From assembly GCA_004431415.1 (NCBI GenBank), contig QPMI01000654.1, positions 1 to 57,375 on the forward strand: 57,375 bases of DNA. Reading direction: 5' to 3'. Position 1 is the first letter of the stretch, and each line of letters begins with the position of its first letter. The DNA is from Cyanophora paradoxa CCMP329 (taxonomy: Eukaryota; Plantae; Glaucophyta). The notes under the pieces are model-generated. The model was not told where the DNA came from. It was given only the letters and a program-made list of their open reading frames with translations, and did no database searches. Of the stretch, positions 12,801 through 25,438 are shown one piece after another. Made by a program: the position numbers and the translations under genes.

Positions 12801-15772
12801 CAAGGCATGCTCGCTTTCTCCCCGGCAGTTGTTCGCTTCGATTCTTCATTTCCTTCACGAACACTTCGGAAGCAACTGTTTGCAAAGAGCTCATTCAACA
12901 AACCTCTGCGTGTGACTGCCATCAGCAGCTCGGACCCACGCATCAATGTCACGATTTCCAGCCAGCATCTTCCGCCCAATGCCAAAGTACAAGTTGGATA
13001 CATCTCCTTTGATCCCGCATTGGGTCCATCTCCCCGCTATGTATATTAAGATGCCGTTCTGACTTCAGCTTCATGGCTGCAACAGGATCGCCTGCCGAGA
13101 ACTACATGCAGTTTGTACCAAATGTACCCCGGGTCGATGAAGCCGCAATCCGCAAAGGCCTTCTGGTGATTTGTAGAGACTTAAGTAATTTGTTTTCCAG
13201 ATCATCTTACATTCAGCAGGCCATCCGCAAAAGAGATCTTGTCTGGGATGCCCTTGCAGCAAATGGTGGGACTGACATTCGGGCAACAGTAACCGTTGAC
13301 ACAGACGTGGTCAGAGGACTAACAGTTGCCATCCGGGCTTCTCTCGTTCGGCCAACCGTGCTTGTGGAGCCAGAGATGGATTTTGGCTACTGCCAGGCAA
13401 GTCCTCTGCCCAAACTCGATGTGTTTTGTGACGGCTGGTGCAGGTTGGGGGTGCGGTTCAACGGAAAATACGGCTCCACAATCCGAGCTCGCTCCCAATC
13501 ATGACACACCTGCTGATTGGGCAATTTTCCCCAATCAATTTGGGGGAGGACGTTCTGCTGAGAACCCCCGGCGACCATCCAATGCACTTCACCATTTCAG
13601 ACGATGGCACACACTCTGTTCTGATCCCCCCTTCGGGCGATGCAGACCTTGGTGCCTGCACTAACTCTAGTCCGCAATCTGTGTTTCTTACATTTTTGGA
13701 CAGGTCCTGTGATATTCAGCCCTTTGTCGTTGACCCGTACATCTGCCACAATCTTTGTATGGAGCAACCTCACCATAGTCGAAGCTATAAACATCACAGG
13801 TGAAGGCGCATCTGCTCGCCTCAGTATCGATACTGGCTTCTCGAAGACGAAGTGGCTGTGGACTAATCGAGCACCCGTGAAACTGCATTTTGAAGTGTCC
13901 GGGCTGGACCTCGGCCTCTATGGCGATGGTACATTGTTCATGCTTGCTCTTTCTCCATCTGTTTACCAAAAACTCCCACCAGTGACGGAGAGGTCTGTTT
14001 TTGTGTCAAGAGCTTTCACGGCGACCAATCTGGGCAGCTTGGCAGTTCAAATTCATCATGCATGGTTCGAGAGCCCTAGTGCCTCGGCGGGGACCGTGGC
14101 ATGTGGCAGGACAGGCGATCTGTCGAAGGCAGTGGAGTGTGCACAGATTTCTCTGGAGTCAAACCAGTCCACTGCAATCTTCCTTCAGTTCCATGTGAAC
14201 TGTAGAATCTCACGGTTTATGTTGCCTATCTCCTTGAAGTCATCCATGGTGCGACCTTTATGTGGACACTTGCAGCTGAAGTATTGAGATGTTCCCTTGC
14301 TATCTGCAGGGTGCCCTCCACTTTGAAGCCCTTGCGAGGATTCCAAAGCATGCAATCAACGAATGCCAGCTTCAGAGAGGAGTTTCAGCGACTGAAGGCA
14401 TCATGCACCGTACGCTGTCCCTCATGATGTCTCTCTGCTTCATCTTGCTCGTTCGGGAGAGCATCTCCAAGCTGGCTGTGTGCCAATCGACGCCTTCGTC
14501 CATCACCCAAATCAGCTGGAACGTCCTTTGTGCAATTTTCTGTGCCATTCTTCCACAGCAACGTGCTTCAGTTGTGGAATCTTCTGAGGACGCAGACATT
14601 GTTTCTGTGAGAGTTTCCGATGCTTCTGCCAGCCTTATGCAGGCAACCGAAGAGCTCCAAACATTTGCAGAACCATCTCCTACTCGGATCGTACAAAATA
14701 ATGCACCAGCTGGCACAGGTTTTGATCAAGAACCTTGGACTTCAGTGAATTATAGTGGAGCTCCCGCAGAAGTGCTGTGTGTGATGGATGACGCTGTGCA
14801 GACGACAGACACGGACACGTGTGACGAAATCGATCACAGCAAGAGCATGTCCTGGATTGCGGAGAGGGTGGCAGGAATGCAGTTGTCTCAGCCTCAAGCC
14901 GAGCACCCCACAAGTGAACTCTTGGTCAGTGCAACAGATGTGTGCAAGCCCACTGTCTACGTTTCAGAGGACGAACAGCTTCGAAGCAGCATTGTGGAAG
15001 AAGATGTATGCCCCAGCGAGCCTCTGACTGCCAATGCGGGACATCGATTCGAGAGCACATCCATTGATGTCGGGGGTTCTGAAGTCCTGGATATTGACCA
15101 GAATGGCACATCTGAGGACCAGCAAGACCCTGACATTAGTTGGGATGACCCAAGCCCCTCGATGCTGGACGATTTCGGCAGTGCTCAAATTGAACAGGAA
15201 CGTCAAATGCTTAGAGAGCTCCATGCACCACATATGCTGGCTCAACAATCTGAAGACGGTGATCTGGGTGCACGAGCAGTTGGCTCTACCCCCTGGTCTG
15301 TGCTGCTGATTTTCCTACGCTACTATCACCAAAGTTGATTTGTCTTGATGATATTTCCAGGAGTGATGGGAGATCGCCCTGGGCTGCTGAAGTGGTCCCG
15401 GAATCACTGCTGCAGGAGAACTTTATGCAGAGAACCACTCAACGTGCACCATCACCTGCATCCCATGTACCCCTTCCGGAGCCAGGCCACGACACAATCG
15501 GGGGGCCCGGCACATACTCGCCGAATTTCTTGTGGGGCCGCCAGGGCCATGCTCCCGCTCCCATTGGCCCACGTCCATTTGGTCAAGGTCAAGCTGCAGC
15601 CACCAATTTCGAATTCGATCAGCGATCCTTCAGCCTTTTCCCCGCCAATCAGCCATCTCCATTCACAGCTCTTGGTTCTGGAGGATCCTTATTTCACCTC
15701 TTCCCATTCTCGAGCCCAGCTCAAGCACCGAACGTCGAAAGCGAGCAAGAAAACTCGACACGTGACATTTAA
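9872..15772 (+). CDS. TMEM131: Transmembrane protein 131-like (signal peptide, multiple Ig/PapD-like repeats, TM, acidic disordered tail); multi-exon
   Basis: Signal peptide MRRARLPLLLLLIVLAVEA. GRGVENAYKVVPLSGRLP..IMLHNPFDEPLNVREVF..FLHLNLP and PEELDFGTL match TMEM131 motifs. Repeated xxxNP/xxTN beta-sandwich motifs and the hydrophobic segment TLSLMMSLCFILLV are present. Exon boundaries are approximate. Confidence 0.85.
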
Positions 15773-16171
15773 CATGCATCTGTTGCAACATGTGTTCTGC
15801 GACCTTTGGCTGCGTTCAGTGTAGACAGAGCTAGCTAGCTGTGAACTACGCCTGTCTGGGTTACACGTAGGGAGGTGGGGCCCTCGCCGTTGCCAGCCCG
15901 GCCGTTCGTCCCGGGTCCCCGAGACCCTTAAGGGGAGTAACGCTCCACCCCCGCACAGCCTAAGCTGCGCGAATGTCGTGTGCAGCATCGCGTCGTCGTT
16001 CTTGGGTGGTGGGAGTTCCTGCAGGCCCGGCGGGGCTGGGACCCGTCGGAAGCCTGCAGGCGGGCGGCGCACGCGCGGAAGGGGGTCAGATCGTAATCGA
16101 AGCGCCCTAAATCGAAACTCGACCAAAAACTGCATTCTTGTAGCCCATACAAGTGCAGGTCACAGATGCAG

Positions 16172-19100
16172 CTAGCTAATGTGTCTACGCTGAATGCATG
16201 TTGCGAAGATGTGTGTTAATTCAAAGCTTTTGATCAGGGCGGCCGAGGGGCTCGAGCCCCGCTCTTCTGAATGAACCAGAAGACCTGAGAACTTGTTGCG
16301 GGGTTTGTGGCAGAGAAGGGGCTTTCTGTTCCAAGAGATTAACCAAGAAACAAAAGTGTGAGAAGCAGCGTACGAGTGCTGCTGGCATCTCATCAAGGGC
16401 CATTTTCGACAGGCTCCCGAAACCCCCAGCAAGTGCCGCCTCTTTCTCAGCAAGCCGCATCTGCGAAAAAAGAAAGGTCAAGTTGGCAGCACAAGAAAAT
16501 TGGAGGGTGCGGCCAAAATCTGGTGCCTTCAGAACGGAGATCTCTTTCCCAAACCGCCTGGCGTTATCCGCCATCTGTGATCATACTTCATAGACCCGGC
16601 AGCAAAGCTGAATTGATCGAAGTACCTGGTTTTCGACAGCTGCAAGTCGTGTCTCTGCTTTCTCGGCCCTCATCACCAGGGCTACCCGCTGCGACTCCCA
16701 TTCACGATCTCGCTCTCCATCTGATGGCGGCAGGTCACATACATGCACGCACAGTGGACGGACACCAGACCATCTTGGAGGACGGAATCATGCATGAGCC
16801 CTTTCGAAGCTATGACCTCGCGCTGCGCCAGTGGTTGAGGGACTTGAGTCGCCTGCTGTAAGTGCTGCTCCATAACCTGCTCCAGCTTCTCGATCACCTT
16901 TACGGGCTTCAGCCGCAATGTAGAGAGTTTAAACATGATATTCTCGCCTTTTCCTGATTGCGAATGGTGCTCTTGAACTTCTCCACTTTTTCCATCTCGC
17001 CCTGAAGCCGCTGGATGTACGCCGCCTGTGCTTGGTGCGCTGCCGACAGCTCTGCATAACGCTTCTCCAGCTCCCCTTTCGCCCAGGCGTCCTGCATGTC
17101 GATCTGAGGTGCCCCCGCCTCCTCTCCCCTGCACAACCTCGACATCACATACCTGTTTGGCTCGAGCGAGGTGTGCAGCCAGATCCTCGCTTCGGCCCCG
17201 CTCCAGTGTCAAGCGCTCAATAGCCGCTCCTGTTGCAAGCTTTCCCACCTGAAATAGAAAGCCACAAAATGGGAGCCGTACGGCAGCGGGCCAGTAGTGC
17301 GTCGCGATCCAGAGTGTCGAGATCTGTCGCGTCCGTTGCCTGGAAAACCGCTTAGTGCCTGTTCATTGTGGGCAGGCGGCATGACGAACCCGCAGATCGC
17401 CAAGACGCTTTTGATGCTCAGCGTCGGCCTTCGTGGACGCTAAGGTGCGCTTAAGTTCGGTGTTCTCGCCCTGCAGCGCGGCGATCTGGCGCCTCAACTC
17501 CACAATCTGAGGACCAATGAGCCACAGGAAGCCACAATGAGTCGACGGGAAGGGTCGAACACACCTCGGCACCGCACTTTCGAACGGCCTGGCGGACGAT
17601 ATCACCTTCCCGCAGCAGGCGTTCAACAAGGGTCTGCTTGCTGCGCAGCTCCTCCACTAGCACTGAGCGCTCAGGCGTCTGCCGCCACTATCACAGCGGG
17701 ACAAGCACCAAGGGTCAAAGCGTGGCTCACCGGAGGGAGGTCGACGGGAGCATCAGTTGCACGGTTCTCCATTAGAGCCGGTGGCGGTGGTGGGGGAGGC
17801 GTATAAATGGGAGGACGCGCGAGCGCGAGGAGCTGGTCGATGTCAAGCAACGGCGGCGGGCCTTGTGGCGGGGCGGTCTGCCCTGGCCCGCCGACGGCCG
17901 CACGGCCTAGCGCGGCACCGGGCCGAGTGGCAGGCGCTGATGGCGGTTCGTCGTCAAAGATTACGACCTGCGCGGGACCACCGGGTCCGCCTCTCTTTGG
18001 GGACCCGCCCTGGCCAGGTGGCAGAGGGGATGCTCCAGCAGTGCTATGGGGCACAGGGCCCCCCGTCCGGGGTACCGATGTGGGCGCTCGGGGCTGCAGG
18101 GCGGTTGCCGGGGGCTGGTAGGTCCAGAGGCGGGCTCGGATGCGGAGGGAAGTGGCTGGAACGGATTCGACAGCAAAGGACGGGGCCTCGGTGGAGAGCA
18201 CATGCAGTGGCAGGTCCCGAAGCTCCAGCGCGACAGACGGCCGGCCGGCAGCGGAACTCCCAGCGGAAAGCAGGGGTCCCAGGGGCGCGATGACATATCC
18301 GTGCAGCGTGTACGGCGGCGTCAAGTCATTAAGCGTCCTGCCCCCTGCCACCTGCGCTGCGCTCAAGCGACCTCACAAGGCAACTTGCAGGCGGAGCACG
18401 CACCGGCGGAAACCCAGAGGCGCCGCCACGGGTGTACAGTTCGACGATGGCTGCAGCGCGCTCGAGCCTGAGCTGGTCCTGCGTGAGGGACCGTTAGAAA
18501 CCGGAGGAGAAAGCCCCACGTTTGCGCACGGCGGGCGGAAAGAAGAGGAAGGGGTGCGAGCGACGGCCGCTCAGGGAAGGCGCGGGCTCGGTAGCCTGCC
18601 TCGTGCCCGGCTCCTGCGTTCCCCCTTTCTCAGGGCCACAGAGAGGCGGGAGAGCGGCTGCACCTCGTTGAGTCTGGCCCATGCACCCCCGTCTGCAGTG
18701 TCGCTGATCCGTTGTGCCGGCAGATTCGGCGCCCCTTTGCCCTGCGAGAGCGCAGATCAGACCAAGAGGGCGTACGACGAGCGGCATGGGGTCACGGAGG
18801 AGAGGCTCTGTTTGATTTCGACTTCGTAGAGGGCGGAGTCGGGCACTAGGTGGACGGCGGCGACAGCTTCCGCCGCCGTCCCCGCCACCGTCGCCTCGAA
18901 GCCCTCGACCGCCACCTGCCGGGGTATCAGTGGGCTTGCGGAATCCCGCGCGCCAGGCCCGCCTGCAGCATGGCCAGCTTCGGGTCGGCGGAGAAGGGGA
19001 TCTCGGGCTGGGCGGGTGGCCCCTCGAGCATGACGTTGAGGAAGAGGCGCGCGTCGCCCTTGCCGATAGGCAGGTCAAGCTCGTAATGCCGCCACGCCTC

Positions 19101-20166
19101 GAGAGCACGGAGCGGAACCGAACAGCGCCCAATCAGCTGCTTCTGCTCGTCGTCCACGACGGCCACGAGAAGTCGCTCGCCCCTGACAAGTGCATTGGCG
19201 TCCGAAGGGGCTCGGTGCCGGGGGACCGACCGCGTGATATCCTCCTCGTAAAAGGTGAGTGCCAGAGCCTCGTTCCACGCTGGGTGCCTGCAGCCCCACT
19301 AAGCTTTCCCGCTCTGAACACCGGCAGCCCGCGCACCGGCCCTTGCTGGCCGGCCGTGTCTGTGCGGGGGCCGCCCGCCGCGAGGCCGCATCGCGCATCG
19401 ACTTGAGAGCAACAGTAGCAGCGGGGCCGAAGCCACCGTCCCCCAGCTAGGACCGGCAAGTCAGAGCTGAGTTCCGAAAAGGGAGGGAAGCGCACAGGAA
19501 GATTTATGGCCGCCCGCACGCCAACGCGCAGGATGCGAGGGGCGCCGAGGCTCGCATCCCGCAGCGTGAGAACACAGGAGCACTCCCCAACCCGAGTCCG
19601 TGCGCCTGAACTGGGCTGGAAGACGGCGGCGACGGGCTCAACTACCTCATCCGCGTCGGCGTCCCTCGAGAGGAGGCTCGCGAGGCTTATCTGGCACACG
19701 CCCACCACCTTGCCCTTTCCTGGTCTGGGGCCCTGCCCTCTGTCAACATCGTCGACGGCGTACGCCGTTAGAAGAAGCGAAGGAGCCATCCCATCATGCA
19801 CAGGCAGGTCCCACTGCAAGACGCTGTTCGCAAAGACGGGCGTCGCTGTTTGCTGCGCTCGGTTTAGTGGCTGGCTAAAGCGCGCAGCGAGTAGAGCCAC
19901 CGACCTCATCGCAGAGGCTAGTGTGCTGCTCGCTGGCATCTCCCGTAGCTGGCGGGTCGCGCTCCGGTTCCCCCAACAGCTTCCCCGAAATGAAGTACCT
20001 GTGCCGCACTTAGCTGCAGCACGAAACGCTCCGTGGCGCTCGCGCCCACGCACCGATTCGCCTGGTTAAAGCTTGCATCAGCGATGGTCACAGTGACCAG
20101 CTTTCGTAGCACCAGAACCGGCGCAAGCGCCGGAACACGGTCGCGCAGGCTCGGGGTGTACGCCAT
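16172..20166 (-). CDS. CCDC33: C2-domain and coiled-coil protein, CCDC33-like; multi-exon
   Basis: C2-like segments (QQTATPVFANSVLQWDL..LLLTAYAVD..VVGVCQISL; ILRVGVRAAINLP; AVVDDEQKQLIGRCSVPLRAL..YELDL). C-terminal coiled coil QEKVIEKLEQVMEQHL and LADNARRFGKEISVLK resembles CCDC33. The 3' end is uncertain. Confidence 0.68.
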
Positions 20167-20309
20167 AGCTATCTATGCCAACCTAGAGCTGGTCTCTAGC
20201 TAGCGCATGGCTTGAAGCTGTTGTAAGCGCCCCAGCAGCGCGGGAGCAAGTCGTCGGAGGCGTGAGGGGCGGGAAACGAGGGAGCACAGGATGCGCTGAG
20301 GGCACAGTG

Positions 20310-20485
20310 CAGCTGTCGAAGCAACTGACAAAGCAGCTGCCAAAGCAGCTGACAAAGCAGCTGTCAAAGCAGCGACAAAGCTCAGCTGGCGGGTACAGCG
20401 GTCCCACGGGTTTGGGGTATAGCGACGTGACCAGTAGCTACCAGCCGTCAGCAACGCCACTGGCCGGTCCGTCAGCAACGCCACC
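20310..20485 (+). repeat. Short tandem repeats in the divergent CCDC33/EMC6 intergenic region
   Basis: About five 12-bp units AAAGCAGCTG(A/C/T)C, and two copies of CCGTCAGCAACGCCAC. Confidence 0.75.
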
Positions 20486-20594
20486 GCGCTCCTCGCCATT
20501 CTTGAATTCATCGGGCTGCGGGAACCGCCGACCTCGCGTTTTGGTGGAAATTCGCGACCGCCGGGCAAGTGTGAACATCCAGCGGGCGCGAGCG

Positions 20595-21028
20595 ATGGAG
20601 CTCGAGCAGAGCATCTTTGGAGAAAACGTTAGTGACCCTCCGTCGCTCGCATCGCGCGAATTCAAACCGCCGACGCATTGTTTCGAGCAGTATGTGGGAA
20701 ACATTCGTAGGCTCTACCTAAGTCGCGTGGCAGTGCTCACCCTAGCCGGATGTGTGTGCGGAGTGCTGGGCTACACAGGTCTCCACGGGGTCGCCTTCTT
20801 CTTCGCGGTCTCCGCAATGGTTTCCGTCGGATGGCTTCTGTGCATTAATTTCCAGACGGAGACGTACTTCAAGGGGTCCAAACCGGTGTGGACGGAGGGT
20901 CTCGGCACCGCGTTCACGTCGTTCCTCCTCTTTTGGACGATCGTGTATGACATGGTATCCCATTTCTGCCCCGATCCGATACGTCTTCTGAATATGCTTG
21001 AAATGCTTGGCAGGTGCACGTCTTCTGA
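20595..21028 (+). CDS. EMC6: ER membrane protein complex subunit 6 (Rab5ip family)
   Basis: MELEQSIFGEN|YVGNIRRLYLSRVAVLTLAGCVCGVLGYTGLHGVAFFF...YFKGSKPVWTEGLGTAFTSFLLFWTIVYDM|VHVF*, the typical EMC6 pattern, with two short introns. Confidence 0.92.
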
Positions 21029-22339
21029 AGACGGCTCTCTGTCAAGGGCGTCGTAATCAACACGTGCAAGTCCATCAAGTGCACGTGCAAGTTTTCGCAG
21101 GTGCGCTCTACTTTCTTTGATCGCATAGTTGGCCAAGAGACGATGATGCGAACACCACGCTCGATGACACCAAAATGCTGTCAATGGGAGCGATATTTAT
21201 TGTCTTTGAGTCCCAATTAAACCCCTTCCTTCTGCGCTTCAAAATCGCATTTCTTGCTGACTCGCGATTTTGGGGTCATTCTCGCAGTTTGCTGAAGTAT
21301 GCAGAGCAACTTGCGCTCCACTGCGTGCACTAGCGGTGACGCGACGGCACCTGGGTTCGGGATTGCCGCAAGCGCATTCAAGAATTGCTACAGTGTATCT
21401 TCTCTACATGATCGGGCACAGGGCGCACTGTATCAGATGCGATGGCAATTGTAACCAGTTCTCGGCCATTGCAACGGTGGATCGGGGTAGGCTACTCGGG
21501 CAGTTCATGGCTACCGGGGTAGCTATAGACTACGCATGATCAGTGGCTGCAGCTGGTCGGTCACGCTTAGATCGATAACGAACAAGAAAAGATGCTTGCA
21601 ATTGATCTGATCGAGATACCCGGTGACCGGGCTTGCCAAGTTGCTCAGCTCACCATGGCCACGTGAAGATCACATATGCATCTATATAGCTAGATCGAAA
21701 GTATACGTCACGGCGTACTGCAAGTGCCTTTGCGACCGTCGGCCAGCGCTATAGCTAGCGCGACGACGAACTTGGAATCCCCGCGGCCGATCGCGATCCG
21801 TAAGATCTAGACTGCGCATGCGCATGTGCATGCCCCCACTGGCCCCCCAGCAAGCGCTAGCAGCATTGCTGCAGCAAGCTTGGGGGGGTATATATAGTCG
21901 ACCCATTGCCTCCCTGTATCCCCCATAGTGCGGAGTGACGCCGGAGTCTGGGCGCCCGGGCTGCCGCGCCGATTGCCGGGCCATGCAGGTGCACCAACAG
22001 GGCACCGGAGAGCCCATATCAAGGAGAGCGCGGCGTACTGTTCCGGAGCAGCTCGGGCCCGTACCAAGAGCCAGCAGTTCGCAGCCCTGGAAACTCGGGG
22101 CCCGCGGAGACGCGCTCGGCGACTCGGACGTTTCGTTGTTCTCGCCAAGGACTCTGCATGGAAACGAGTTCTCACGCCTTGGCGCTGCCACGCCTGTGCG
22201 TAATTTGAATCTCGCCGGATATCCCGGGGCCTAGAGCGCCTGCGGAGTCCGTGGCGCACTTCTGTCCTAGAAAAGCTATTTTAAAGAGCAGGTTGGCTGA
22301 CCTCTTCACGCCCTCGCTGGCAGGAGATCTGCACTCCGA

Positions 22340-23759
22340 CATGGCGGGTTGTGGACCATTTGCCGGCTCCACCTCCGGCGTCCGCTGAGTTTGATTTCAC
22401 TGGGGCCACGAGCAGCAGCGCTATCGATGGTGAAGACGAGGTGCATGCTGCTCTTTATTCCTTTCCTTTCCTTCTCCCGCCAAGAGTGCCTGATTCGAAC
22501 CTGCGTTGTAGAATACGGACGACGAAGCTTATCAGGCTCGGCACGCACAACCGGAGCGCATCGAGAAGAAGACTCGGGTGCCGCTGAGGACGCGGCAGCG
22601 CTGGGTCCGGGATCAGCTCATTGTCGCCGACTATCCGTTTGAGTACGTCGTCATAAGTGCCGACGAAGAAGAGCAAGGGCTCGGAAAGCCGGCGAACGAC
22701 GGCTCGATCAGCGAGCCGTTTCCATCTCACCATCAACGACAGCCGGCATCAATGGAAGCTAGCAGCGATTCAATAGCGGGCAGTAGCAGCTCAGGTCAGG
22801 ATCTCGAACGGAAAGACGTCGACATAGCAGCCGTGGCGGCCCCTCCATTGCCGCCTGAAGTACTCGGTATGGCGGGCGCTGATCGGTTCCCCGACCTGCC
22901 CACGAATGCAACGACACCCTCCACTTCCTTTTCGCCTCATCCTCATCTTACAGCGCCGTCATCATTCCACTTCCCCCCTTCCGTCTCGGCGCCAAGCTCC
23001 CCCCTATCTGCCCCTGCGGGATCTGTAGCCAACAGTGTCCCTCTCCATTCCCCATCCAGCTGCATCGACCCATCAGCACAGCAGCCCTACAGGCAGTCAC
23101 AAGAACCCGGCGCCACTTGGAGTGGACTGAGTGTGTCTTGCATGACTTCCATCCTGCACACAATCCGGCCGGCCACTGTGGCTCAGCTCGTTCAAGCCAT
23201 CCGGAATGAAGCGCCCTCCGCAGCATCCCACCCTCCTCTAGCAGCTCCGACCCCTCCTGTAGCTCCCCTCCCACCAGCGTCAACTTCTCCAGCACAGCAG
23301 CCGTCCATCTCCCCCCCTGCCGCCCTCATCTCTGCAGTCCCTGAGCAGCCACTTGTGAGCGCATCTGGGAGACTTGCACGGCCCCAGCGAACTCCCAGCG
23401 GCAAGACAGCCCTGAAGTCGAAGAGCCGTTTAGTGTCGTCATCTGCGTCCTCCCTGCCGGTACCGGAACCGCTCTCTGGCCCATGACACCCAGTCCTTTC
23501 GGAATTCTGCTTGACTTGTGCTAAATTACATGGTTTCCCTGCCATTATGTCACTTGCCATGCACATGCCATTATGGCACTTCCCGGCCCCCGAACTGTCG
23601 CCCCCGCTGAAGCAGAAGAGCAATTCGAAAGCACCGAAGAAGGCCCGCTGGCCCCCCCCGAATCGCTTTGGAATTCTCCCTGGACATCGCTGGGACGGAG
23701 TACATCACTCCAACCTAGGCAAGAATGAGCGATCGGCAAACTTTGAAAAGCTCTACTAG
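22340..23759 (+). CDS. Ser/Pro-rich protein ending in a BUD13 C-terminal-like motif (gene model uncertain; possibly a fragment or pseudogene)
   Basis: A 302-aa low-complexity ORF at 22578-23486 is followed by KKARWPPPNRFGILPGHRWDGVHHSN...NFEK (23511-23759), which resembles BUD13 PPNRFxIxPGxRWDGVDRSNGFE. Confidence 0.45.
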
Positions 23760-23779
23760 GCTAGGAGGCATATTTGAAA

Positions 23780-25066
23780 AGCTTAATTTTGACATTCAAA
23801 CCGCCGCGGCGCAAGTCCGGTCAACAAGTGTGGGGTGTACACTGCGGCCGCCGGGCCGCCTACCGCACCATGGCCATCCGATCCGATGATCCCCTCCCGC
23901 GGCCGATATTGCAATTAATATTGATGGGATCGGATTAGTGCGTTCGACACTGTGTGACAGCTGGTACCGGCCGCGGTATACGTAATGTAGAACGTGCACT
24001 GAATTCAATCAGACGCAAATTAAACTACGGTATACGGTATACAGGCAAACTATGGTACGGTATACGGTATCATAGTATATCATAGTTGTATATGTATCCA
24101 GGTTTTCGAATTCTGGCTTTAATATTGCAATTGCCCTGTGGCCATCATGGCATGGGGCCTTCGAATTCATGATCAACACAGATTTGCTTCGAATTCAGGC
24201 CTATCATAGTATAGCTAGCTATATATAGTTATAGCTACTAGGCTAGGCGCCGGCCTAGGCCTAGGAGTACTAGTAGGGGTAGGCCTAGGGCTTGTACATC
24301 ATGGCATGCCATGCATGGTGACTCAGTGAGGGGTGGGTGTGGAAAAGGGGGTTTGTGGCACTGCGGCATCATGATCAGGACTCCCAGGACTCTGCCAGGC
24401 TGGTCCGCGGCCGGGAACAAGTATCACAAAGCAATCACAAATCATTGAAACAAAGAAGTATATATACTAGTACTAGTATATATCATGATCATTTCGACCG
24501 TCGGACTCGGCGAACCAATATAAAAAAAATTAATGAGCGAGAAATTATGAAGGGCCGGGCCCGGCCGCGGGGCCCCGGGGGATCCCGGAGAAATACTGTT
24601 CAAATACGTATATACAAGGCTAAACTCACCGGTCCCGGTCCATGTCAACGAGAATGCATATGGGATCATCGGATCAATATCAGATCCTTCGAATTCGAAT
24701 TCACGATTTCGAAGTCGCTAGCGCTGAGTCCTGCAGCGCTAGCGCTATAGCTAGCGCATATATATATAGCTGCAGATCTAGATGCATATATATATGAGGC
24801 CAAGATCTAGAGTTGTCGACGTCTAGATCTGCGCATGCCGCAGTGCCGGCGCCGGCGCTGCATGCGCAGCTGTACCGTAGTACCATATGCATGGCCATCA
24901 TGGCATGCATATGCATAATAATCGATATATCAGGAGTGCGTTTCAAATTAAACTTGCTACGTATACCTACGTATACGTATACGTATACGTATACGGGGGG
25001 TTCGCCCTACCGTAGTCTCTCGAAAAAAAATGCGTGCGTTAAATTTCTAGAATTAAACGTTACGCA

Positions 25067-25100
<34 letters not shown>

Positions 25101-25150
25101 CTGGATGGGGCGGGGGGTGGGCTGCGCATGGCGATGCGCATGCACAGCTG
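23780..25150. other. Non-coding region saturated with short palindromic words and a poly-G tract
   Basis: Dense CTAG, AGCT, GATC, TCGA, TGCA, GAATTC, TTCGAA and GCATGC words, (TACGTA)n at ~24960-24995, and a G-run at ~25067-25100. Confidence 0.7.
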
Positions 25151-25438
25151 AGCGTTACTAATACTGCCGAGATATGTTGATAGCGCACCAGTCATGGTGC
25201 TGTGCTACAACTGAGATTACGGAGCTAGAGAGCCAGCCGTCAGCAGACCCCGACTGCAGCGGTTGCGTTCGACGGTCGAGCATGTGAAACTGTAGTCTGC
25301 AAGTGCAGATCTCGCGATCGCTCAAGCCGCTCAACAGGGAACGGTGAGAGCTGCCGCACCTGCGTATTACACCCGCGCCCGAACACTTGTGTAATGCGTC
25401 GTCGAGCGCAGAAGACAAGTGCAATCTATATCAAAGCA

